Source: Squalus acanthias (Eukaryota). Taken from it: a stretch of DNA of 64,000 nucleotides. The translations under genes were made by a program, and so were the position numbers. Location of the stretch: positions 121,956,001 to 122,020,000 of the forward strand of contig CM059431.1 of NCBI GenBank assembly GCA_030390025.1, given 5' to 3'. The notes under the pieces were generated by a model. That model was given only the letters and a program-made list of their open reading frames with translations. It did not search any database and was not told the origin of the DNA. This document shows, piece after piece, positions 24,454-35,014 of this stretch. Every line of letters begins with the position of its first letter. The stretch's first letter is position 1.

Positions 24454-27400
24454 TCTGTCTCTCACCCCAGTCACTCTCTCTCTCCCAGTCTCTCTCTCTC
24501 CCCTAGTCTCTCTCTCACCCCCAGTCTCTCTCTATTTCTCCAGTCTCTCACTCCCAGTCACTCTCTCTTTCTCCCAGTCTCTCTTCCCCCAGTCTCTCTC
24601 TCTCCCCCAGTCTCTCTCTCTCCCCTAGTCTCTCACTCTCTCTCTCTCCATACCCCAGTCTCTCTCTCTCTTACCCCCAGTGTATCTCTCTACCACAGTC
24701 TCTCTCTCTCTCACCCCCAGTCTCTCTCTCTCTCCCTAGTCTCTCTCTCTCTCTCCCCAGTCCCTCTCTCTCTCTTATCCCGAGTCTCTCTCTCTCCCCC
24801 AGTCTCTCTCTCTCTCCCCTAGTCTCTCACTCTCTCCCCAGTCTCTCTCTTTTTCTCCCGCAGTCTCTATCTCTTTCGCCCAGTCTCTATCTCCCTCAGT
24901 CTCTCTCTCTCCCTGTCTCTCTCTCCCCCAGTCTCTCTCTCTCTCTCTCTCCCAGTCTCTCTCTCCCAGTCTCTCTCTCCCCAGTCTCTCTCTCTCTCTC
25001 TCTCTCCCCAGTCTCTCTCTCTTCACGCCAGTCTCTCTCTCAACCCCTGTCTCTCTCTCTCCCCAGTCACTCTCTCCCCCAGTCTCTCTCTCTCCCAATA
25101 TCTCTCTCTCTCCCTGTCTCTCCCTCTCTCCCCAGTCTATCTCTCCCCCAGTCTCTCGCTCTCTCCCCAAAGTCTCTCTCTCTCTCACACCCAGTCTCTC
25201 TCTCTTGCCCAGTCTCTCTCTCTCCCCGCAATCTCTCTCTCTTTCCCCCAGTCTCTCTTTCCCCAGTTTCTCTCTCTCTCTCTCCCCAGTCTCTCTATTC
25301 CCCAGTTTCTCTCTCTCTCACCTAGTCTCTCTCATCTCACCCCCAGTCTCTCTCTCCCCTAGTCTCTCTCTCCCTCTCTCCCCCAGTCTCTCTCTCTCAC
25401 CCTCAGTCTCTCTCTTCCCTCGTCTCTCTCTCTCTCTCTCTCAGTCTCTCTCTCTCTCCCTGTCTCTCTTTCTTCTCCCCAGTCTATCTCTCCCCCAGTC
25501 TCTTGCTCTTTCAACAGTCTCTCTCTCTCTCACCCAGTCTCTCTCTCTCTCTCTCTCCCAGTCTCTCTCTCTCCCCCAGCCTCTCTCTCTTTCCCCCATT
25601 CTCTCCTACCCCCGTCTCTCTCTCACCCAGTCTCTCTCTCCCCGTCTCTCTCTCCCCCAGGCTCTCTCTCTCTCTTCCTGTCTCTCTCTCTCTCTCCCAG
25701 TCTCTCTCTCCCGTAGTCTCTCTCTCTCTCACCCATTCTCTCTCTCCCCGTCTCTCTCTCCCCCAGGCTCTCTCTCTCTCTTCCTGTCTCTCTCTCTCTC
25801 TCCCAGTCTCTCTCTCCTGTAGTCTCTCTCTCTCTCCCCCAGTCTCTCTCTCCCCCAGTCTCTCTCTCCCCCAGTCTCTCTCTCTTTCCCCCAGTCACTC
25901 TAACCCCCAGTCTCTCTCTTTCCCCCAGTCTCTCTCTCCCCCAGTCTCTCTCTCTTTCCCCCAGTCACTCTATCCCCCAGTCACTCTAACCCCCAGTCTC
26001 TCTCTCTTTCCCCCAGTCACTCTAACCCCCAGTCTCTCTCTCCCTCCCCTAGTCTCTCTCTCCCACCCCCAGTCTCTCTCTCTCTCTCTCTCACCCCCTG
26101 TCTCTCTCTCTCTCTCCCACAGTCTCTCCCTCTCTCTCCCCCAGTGTCTCTCTCTGCTCCATCTCTCTCTCTCCCCCAATTTCACTCTCTCTCTCCCCAT
26201 CGGTCTCTGTCTCTCCCCTAGTCTCTCTCTCTCTCTCACCCCCAGTCTCTCTCTCTCTCTTCCCCAGTCTCTCTCTCTCCCCTAGTCTCTCTCTCTCTCT
26301 CTCCCCCAGTCTCTCTCTCTCTCCCCTAGTCTCTCTCTCCCCCAGTCTCTATCTCTCTCCCCTAGTTCTCTCTCTCCCCCAGTCTTTCTCTCTCTCTCTC
26401 TCTCCAGCCCCTAGTCTCTCTCTCTCTCCCCTAGTCTCTCTCTCTCTCCCCCAGTCTCTCTCTCCCCCAGTCTCTCTGTCTCTCACCCCCAGTCTCACTC
26501 TCTCTCTCTCTCTCCCCCAGTCTCTCTGTCTCTCACCCCCAGTCTCACTCTCTCTCTCTCTCTCCCCCAGTCTCTCTGTCTCTCACCCCCAGTCTCACTC
26601 TCTCTCTCTCTCTCTCCCAGTCTCTCTCTCTCTCTCCCCTAGTCTCTCTCTCTCTCTCCCCCAGTCTCTCTCTCTCTCCCCTAGTCTCTATCTCTCCCCC
26701 AGTCTCTATCTCTCTCCCCTACTTCTCTCTCTCCCCCAGTCTTTCTCTCTCTCTCTCTCCAGCCCCTAGTCTCTCTCTCTCTCCCCTAGTCTCTCTCTCT
26801 CTCCACCAGTCTCTCTCTCCCCCAGTCTCTCTGTCTCTCACCCCCAGTCTCACTCTCTCTCTCTCTCTCCCCCAGTCTCTCTGTCTCTCACCCCCAGTCT
26901 CACTCTCTCTCTCTCTCTCTCCCAGTCTCTCTCTCTCTCCCCTAATCTCTCTCTCTCTCTCTCTCCCCCAGTCTCTCTCTCTCTCCCCTAGTCTCTATCT
27001 CTCCCCCAGTCTCTATCTCTCTCCCCTAGTTCTCTCTCTCCCCCAGTCTTTCTCTCTCTCTCTCTCCAGCCCCTAGTCTCTCTCTCTCTCCCCCAGTCTC
27101 TGTCTCTCACCCCCAGTCTCTCTCTCTCTCTCTCTCTCTCCCAGTCTCTCTCTCACCCCCAGTCTCTCTCTCTTTCTCCAGTCTCTCACACCCAGTCCCT
27201 CTCTCTTTCTCCCAGTCACTCTAACCCCCAGTCTCTCTCTCCCTCCCCTAGTCTCTCTCTCCCACCCCCAGTCTCTCTCTCTCTCTCTCTCTCCCCTAGT
27301 CTCTCTCTCTCTCTCTCTCCCCGTCTCTCTCTCCCCTTGTCTCTCTCTCTCTCCCCCAGTCTCTCTCTCTCTCTCCCTGTCTCTCTTTCTTCTCCCCAGT

Positions 27401-28734
27401 CTATCTCTCCCCCAGTCTCTCTCTCTCTCACCCAGTCTCTCTCTCTCTCTCTCTCACCCCCAGTCTCTCTCTCTCTCTCTCTCACCCCCAGTCTCTCTCT
27501 CTCTCTCTCTCTCCCAGTCTCTCTCTCTCCCCCAGCCTCTCTCTCTTTCCCCCATTCTCTCCCTCCCCCGTCTCTCTCTCACCCAGTCTCTCTCTCCCCG
27601 TCTCTCTCTCCCCCAAGCTCTCTCTCTCTCTTCCTGTCTCTCTCTTTCTCTCCCAGTCTCTCTCTCCCGTAGTCTCTCTCTCTCTCCCCCAGTCTCTTTC
27701 TTACCCCCAGTCTCTCTCTCCCCCAGCCTCTCTCTCTTTCCCCCATTCTCTCCCTCCCCCGTCTCTCTCTCACCCAGTCTCTCTCTCCCCGTCTCTCTCT
27801 CTCCCCCAGGCTCTCTCTCTCTCTTCCTGTGTCTCTCTCTCTCTCTCCCAGTCTCTCTCTCCCGTAGTCTCTCTCTCTCTCCCCCAGTCTCTTTCTTACC
27901 CCCAGTCTCTTTCCCCCAGTCTCTCTCTCTTTCCCCCAGTCACTCAAACCCCCAATCTCTCTCTTTCCCCCAGTCTCTCTTTCTTACCCCCAGTCTCTCT
28001 CTCCCCCAGTCTCTCTCTCTTTCCCCCAGTCACTCGAACCCCCAATCTCTCTCTTTCCCCCAGTCTCTCTCTCCCCCAGTCTCTCTCTCTTTCCCCCAGT
28101 CACTCTAACCCCCAGTCTCTCTCTCTCTTTCCCCCAGTCACTCTAACCCCCAGTCTCTCTCTCCCTCCCCTAGTCTCTCTCTCCCACCCCCAGTCTCTCT
28201 CTCTCTCTCTCTCTCCCCCAGTCTCTCTCTCTCATCCCCAGTGGCTCTCTCCCCTAGTCTCTCTCTCTCTTCCCCCCAGTCTCTCTGTCCCCCAGTTTCT
28301 CTCTCTCTCCCCCAGTCTCTCTCTCTCACCCCCAGTCGCTCTCTCCCCTAGTCTCTCTCTCCCTCTCTCCCCCAGTCTCTCTCTCCCTCTCTCCCCCACT
28401 CTCTCTCTCTCTCTCTCCCCCAGTCTCTCTCTCTCACCCCCAGTCTCTCTCTCCCCTGGTCTCTCTCTCTCTCTCCCCTGGTCTCTCTCTCTCTCTCCCC
28501 TGGTCTCTCTCTCTCTCTCCCCTGGTCTCTCTCTCTCTCTCCCCTGGTCTCTCTCTCTCTCTCCCCCAGTCTCTCTCTCTCCCCCAGTCTCTCTCTCTCT
28601 CTCCCCAGTCTCTCTCTCTCTCTCCCCAGTCTCTCTCTCTCTCCCCCAGTCTCTCTCTCTCTCACCCCCAGTCTCTCTCTCCCCTAGTCTCTCTCTCTCT
28701 CACCCCCAGTCTCTCTCTCTCTCTCTCTCACCCC

Positions 28735-28766
<32 letters not shown>

Positions 28767-28844
28767 CAGTCTCTCTCTCTCCCCCAGCCTCTCTCTCTTA
28801 CCCCCAGTCGCTCTCTCCCCTAGTCTCTCTCTCCCTCTCTCCCC

Positions 28845-28889
<45 letters not shown>

Positions 28890-29154
28890 CAGTCTCTCTC
28901 TCTCACCCACAGTCTCTCTCTCCCCTGGTCTCTCTCTCTCTCTCCTCCAGTCTCTCTCTCTCTCCCCCAGTCTCTCTCTCTCTCTCCCCCGTCTCTCACT
29001 CTCTCCCCAGTCTCTCTCTCTCCCCTAGTCTCTCTCTCTCTCTCCCCAGTCTCTCTCTCTCTCCCCCAGTCTCTCTCTCTCTCACCCCCAGTCTCTCTCT
29101 CCCCTAGTCTCTCTCTCTCTCACCCCCAGTCTCTCTCTCTCTCTCTCTCACCCC

Positions 29155-29188
<34 letters not shown>

Positions 29189-29221
29189 CCCAGTCTTTCT
29201 CTCTCTCTCTCTCTCACCCCC

Positions 29222-29256
<35 letters not shown>

Positions 29257-29749
29257 AGTCTCTCTCTCTCTCCCCCAGCCTCTCTCTCTTTCCCCCAGTC
29301 TCTCTCTCCCCTAGTCTCTCTCTCTCTCCCCCAGCCTCTCTCTCTTTCCCCCAGTCTCTCTCAACCCAGTCTCTCTCTCTCCTAGTCTCTCCCGGAGTCT
29401 CTCTCTCCCCCAATCTCTCTCACTCTCTCTCTCACCCAGTCTCTCTCTCTTTCCCCCAGTCTCTCAACCCACAGTCTCTCTCTCTCTCCCCCCCAGTCTC
29501 TCTCTCTCTCCCCCAGTCTCTCTCTCTCTCTCTCTCCCCCCTAGTCTCTCTCTCTCCCCCCAGTCTATCTCTCTCTCTCTCCCAGTCTCTCTCTCCCCTA
29601 GTCTCTCTCTCTCTCCCCACTCTCTCTCTCTTTCCCCAGTCTCTCTCTCTTTCCCCCAGTGATTCTAACCCCCAGTCTCTCTCTTTCCCCCAGTCTCTCT
29701 CTCTTTCACCCAGTCGCTCTAACCCCCAGTCTCTCTCTCCCTCCCCAGT
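24454..29749. repeat. (CT)n-CCCCAGT satellite, block 2
   Basis: Same unit as block 1. Confidence 0.97.
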
Positions 29750-31378
29750 TGTAGAATTCGCAATATATCGCGATTTTATTAATAAGGAGAAAACACAGAG
29801 TTTCGTTCAAACAGCTTTTATTTCAGCAGAATGCTGACAGGTTTAAAGTGGACACAAGCAGCCTGTAAAATGGCCGCCGCACCTCGTGACAGAACATTCT
29901 AGACTTTTCAACAGGCAGACAAGATGGCGTTCCAATAAACATTTGTGCAAGATCGATTAAGATTCAGCACAGTGAAGATAATACACAAGACATTATGGGT
30001 TTGCAGTATACACATAAATACTGAAATCGGTCTCCCAGGTACAAAGGAAAGCCATTGTACCGAGTAATCAAGGGCCCATCCAAAAGACATTAATATGTAA
30101 AATCCCAACGACTCTACGATGAGAGAGCCGTTAGCAGGCAGTTATACAGGACACTTGGAAGCCCCAAAACCCCTCCAGGGAGAACACCGACCGATTTAAC
30201 AATGGGAGAAATATTAACAGGTACTCAGACATTTACGAGTAGCCCCGAAACCCATTAAGAACGGAGATCACCCATACAAGACAGTTGAGCGCCAGACCCT
30301 AAACAAAAGAATGGACATTATAGTTGGGCGGGAAACGGAAGATTTTGCACTATAATTGCAGGCTCCAAACCGTCCATTTTTCTCTTATCCGATCGACTCT
30401 TATCATCGTGGCTGCTCCTGTGTACTCGTAGTTGGGCTCGCTCCTGCTTGCCTGTTGCCTCTTTTGAAGAAAGGACTGTTGAACTTTCTGATCCGTTCGG
30501 ATCTACCTCGTGTCGCGTAACGAAGACCTATGTTGGTAACTGGCAGCGGAACCAAAGGCCCGAGATGAGATGAGATGAGATGAGAAGAGAGGAAGACCAT
30601 ATCCATCGCCACGGTCAGTAAATCCCGACCGCGCCTATAGGTCGATTAGCCAAGTTTTCCTTGCCAGGAAGACTTCTTCGAACTTGCAACGAAACATATC
30701 GCATCGATGATATAACTGGACTGTGCTCGAAAAGTACCTGTTAAACCAACCAACACAGGTCTTCATCACAGCAGACGTTCCAGCCTGCTAGCCGGAGCAG
30801 CAGAAGCAAGTAAACAAGTGGGACCAGGAGATCTCCTGACCGACACGTGGGTGCTGCGGTGAAAAACATCCGATCAGCTATTCGGAATTTCTCCGAGTTA
30901 TCACGAGTGGTGAGCATGAGTCTCGAAATCCTACGAATCTAGTTTAGGATAGATATTGATAGGGGAGGGTTTAAGGATTAAGGATATTTGTAATGTGTGC
31001 CCCTATTTACTATGTGCCGTTCGTTCCTCGTTTCCCTAAGATCGACTATATAACTGTTTGTAAGATTGTACTGTCATTAATCTGTGCTTATGACATGTAT
31101 TTCATAATTTTAAGTATCATGCAATAAAGATTTTCCATTTCGTACCATTCAAACCGAGTCTACATGAGTTTCATCTCCATTACTGCTCTCGCATCTAAGT
31201 CCAGTGTCTAGAACCGTAAGGGCGAGTGATTCGAACCACTCACAGGTGTGTCTAGTGTTCCCAGACTGGCTGGAGACCAGAACAGGCAACAAGGCCTAGA
31301 CCCGCACTGACATACAGGCTGCACAGAGCCGCGTGAACCTCACAGGCTGCGAGACACGCAGGGTCAGAATCCCTTACA
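29750..31378 (+). mobile_element. Solo LTR copy C, inserted in satellite
   Basis: TGTAGAA...ATCCCTTACA; TSD CAGT/CAGT. Confidence 0.9.
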
Positions 31379-32051
31379 CAGTCTCTCTCTCCCACGCCCA
31401 GTCTCTCTCTCTCTCTCACCCCCAGTCTCTCTCTCTCACCCCCAGTCTCTCTCTCCCCTAGTCTCTCTCTCTCTCCCCCAGTCTCTTTCTTACCCCCAGT
31501 CTCTCTCCCCCCAGTCTCTCTCTCACCCTATTCTCTCTCTCCCCACTCTCTCTCTTTCCCCCAGTCTCTCTCTCTTTCACCCAGTCGCTCTAACCCCCAG
31601 TCTCTCTCTCCCTCCCCCAGTCTCTCTCTCCCACGCCCAGTCTCTCTCTCTCTCTCACCCCCAGTCTCTCTCTCTCACCCCCAGTCTCTCTCTCCCCTAG
31701 TCTCTCTCTCTCTCCCCCAGTCTCTTTCTTACCCCCAGTCTCTCTCCCCCCAGTCTCTCTCTCACCCTATTCTCTCTCTCCCCACTCTCTCTCTCTTTCC
31801 CCCAGTCTCTCTCTCTTTCACCCAGTCGCTCTAACCCCCAGTCTCTCTCTCCCTCCCCCAGTCTCTCTCTCCCACCCCCAGTCTCTCTCTCTCTCTCACC
31901 CCCAGTCTCTCTCTCTCACCCCCAGTCTCTCTCTTCCCTCGGCTCTCTCTCTCTCAGTCTCTCTCTCTCTCCCCCAGTCTCTCTCTCTCTCCCCAGTCTC
32001 TCTCTCTCCCCAGCCTCTCTCTCTCTCCCCAGTCTCTCTCTCTCTTCCAGT
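31379..32051. repeat. (CT)n-CCCCAGT satellite, block 3 (~240-bp higher-order unit)
   Basis: 31381-31620 is repeated at 31621-31862. Confidence 0.95.
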
Positions 32052-33757
32052 TGTAGAATTCGCAATATATCGCGATTTGATTAATAAGGAGAAAACACAA
32101 AGTTTCGTTCAAACAGCTTTTATTTCAGCAGAATGCTGTCAGGTTTAAATTGGACACAAGCAGCCTGTAAAATGGCCGCCGCACCTCGTGACAGAACATT
32201 CTAGACTTTTCAACAGGCAGACAAGATGGCGTTCCATTAAACATTTGTGCAAGATCGATAACGATTCAGCACAGTGAAGATAATACACGAGACATTATGG
32301 GTTTGCAGTATAAACATAGATACTGGAATCGGTCTCCCAGGTACAAAGGAAAGCCATTGTACCGAGTAATCAAGGGCCCATCCAAAGGACATTAATATGT
32401 AAACTCCCAACGACTCTACGATGAGAGAGCCGTTAGCAGGTAGTTATACAGGACACTTGGAAGCCCCAAACCCCTCCAGGGAGAACACCGACCGATTTAA
32501 CAATGGGAGAAATATTAACAGGTACTCAAACATTCATGAGTAGCCCCGAAACCCATTAAGGACGGAGATCACCCATACAAGACATTTGGGCGCCAAACCC
32601 TAAACAAAAGAATGGACATTATAGTTGGGCGGGAAACGGAAGATTTTTGCACTATAATTGCAGGCTCCAAACCGTCCACTCGCTCTCTTGTCTCTTGCCT
32701 CTTGCCTCGTGCTCTTGTTCGTGCTCCTGCGTTCGCTCGCTTGCTCCTGTGTTTTATCCGGTCGATTCGTAACCTCGTGGCTGCTCCTGTGTACTCGTAG
32801 TTGGGCTTCTGCGTGCCTGTTGCCTCTTCTGAAAAGACTGTTGAACTTTCTGATCCGTACGGATCTACCTCGTGTCGCGTAACGAAGACCTATGTTGGTA
32901 ACTGGCAGCGGAACCAAAGGCCCGAGATGAGATGAGATGAGATGAGATGAGAGGAGAAGAGAAGAAGACCATATCCATCGCCACGGTCAGTAAATCCCGA
33001 CCGCGCCTGTAGGTCGATCAGCCAAGTTTCCTCGCCAGGAAGTTTTCTTCTTTAAAACTTCTAACAAAACATATTGCATCGACGATAACGGGACTGTGTC
33101 TAAGGAGACTGGTACGTGAAACCAACCAACAGAGGTCTTCATCACAGCAGACGGTCCAGCCTACTAGCCGGAGCAGCAGAAGCAAGTAAACAAGTGGGAC
33201 CAGGAGATCTCCTGACCGACACGTGGGTGCTGCGGTGAAAAACATCCGATCAGCTATTCGGAATTTCTCCGAGTTATCACGAGTGGTGAGCATGAGTCTC
33301 GAGATCCTACGAAGCTAGTTTAGGATAGATATTGATAGGGGAGGGTTTAAAGATTAAGGATATTTGTAATGTGTGCCCCTATTTACGTTGTGCCGTTCGT
33401 TCCTCGTTTCCCTAAGATCGACTATATAACCGTTTGTAAGATTGTACTGTCATTAATCTGTGCTTATGACATGTATTTCATAATTTTAAGTATCATGCAA
33501 TAAAGATTTTCCATTTCGTACCATTCAAACCAAGTCTACATGAGTTTTATCTCCATTACTGCTCTCGCATCTAAGTCCAGTGTCTAGAACCGTAAGGGAG
33601 AGTGATTCGAACCACTCACAGGTGTGTCTAGTGTTCCCAGACTGGCTGGAGACCAGAACAGGCAACCAGGCCTAGACCCGCACTGACATACAGGCTGCAC
33701 AGAGCCGCGTGAATCTCACAGGCTACGAGACACGCAGGGTCAGGGGAATCCCTTACA
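32052..33757 (+). mobile_element. Solo LTR copy D, inserted in satellite
   Basis: TGTAGAA...ATCCCTTACA; TSD CAGT/CAGT. Confidence 0.9.
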
Positions 33758-34010
33758 CAGTCCCTCTCTCTCGCTCTCTCCCCAGTCTCTCTCTCTCCCC
33801 AGTCTCTCTCTCTCTTTCCCCCAATCTCTCTCTCCCCCAGTCTCTCTCTCTCTCCCCTAGTCTCTCTCTCCCCCCAGTCTCTCTCTCTCTCTCCCAGTCT
33901 CTCTCTTCTCACCCGCAGTCTCTCTCACCCCCAGTCTATCTCTCTCACCCAGTCTCTCTCTCTTTCCCCAGTCTCCGTCTCTTTCATTTTTACTCTCTCC
34001 CTCCCTCCCT
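33758..34010. repeat. (CT)n-CCCCAGT satellite, block 4
   Basis: Same unit; end of the array. Confidence 0.9.
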
Positions 34011-35014
34011 GAGTCTCAGGCCCATATCGGGTTCCAGTGCGCAGGCGTCAAAATGGGTCAACATGCCGAAATGGGTCCAACTTGCAGGCGCCGAAGCCCG
34101 CTCCTGCGGGACTAAAGAACGAGCCTGTGTGGCTCAATTGAAGAGAGCGCCTGCGCGCTGGAGCCCGCTCTGGCGGGACTGCGCGGCCTGCAGCACCTGG
34201 TGCGCTGCAGCCTCGAGTTAGCTGCGCGGTCGTGCAGCTTAGGGGTAACAGTGGCTCTGACTGAAGGGGAGGCAATGGGGGAGTGGTGGGGTCGCTTTGA
34301 GAAGAGCCCCCATTTCCATTTCCCCTGTCACCATCATCCCTCTCATGGCCCACCTGTACTTTCCTGCTAGCAAGGAGCTGGAGAGCACCTTGCTGCACAT
34401 CAGTGGGGTGATGAACACCCAAGTCTATGTTGGTATCCCTCCTCGAGATGAGGCCAATGAGAGTCTGCAATCTCTTGTTCACAGCAAGCGTGTTCTCGTT
34501 CGACTGTCACATTTACTGCTTCATGCAAGTGGCCATCCTTTCCTTGGAACAGCACATCATCGCCATCGCCTATAAGATGGTGGTGCTCGTGTTGGAGATG
34601 GACTCCTCCATTCTCTGTACAGTCGCACACATCGCGGCAGCAAAAGCTGCCAGATTCTTGCGCATTTGTTGCTGCTCCTCCAGGATCACCCTCTTTCTCG
34701 ACAGCTCCCAGGGGTCTGAGCAGCCTGCCTCTACCTCTACTGAAACCACATAGGAGCGGTAGGAAAAGGAAGAGGAAAGCTTTTTATTTGCACAAGGATA
34801 TGCACATGGGTGTATGAGAAAATGTAATGTTGTGAAGTTACCGTTCTTCAGTACATTTTATTAGATTGCACCACTTTTCCTTTTTGCCCATTCTTGGTTG
34901 CTGGGTGGCAAGTTGCTTTTTAACTTAATTGATGATGAATGGGAAGACATGAATTAATGGGCACCATGGGGGTGTGTGCAAGGGGTGGGTGGTTGTTTGC
35001 AGGACTGCTTTGTG

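Noticed and set aside
8590..29620. Long ORFs up to 883 aa (SLSLSP, ERERE)
   Set aside because: Translations of a stop-poor CT satellite in several frames and both strands; no coding signal.
29750..33757. C + satellite + D as a single two-LTR element
   Set aside because: Each copy has its own CAGT duplication, and the spacer is plain satellite without PBS or PPT.
34020..34253. CpG-rich tract ending CTTAGGGGTAACAGTG, possibly a hAT-type end of an element hosting the satellite
   Set aside because: I could not find the matching left terminus or an 8-bp TSD near 8400-8700.
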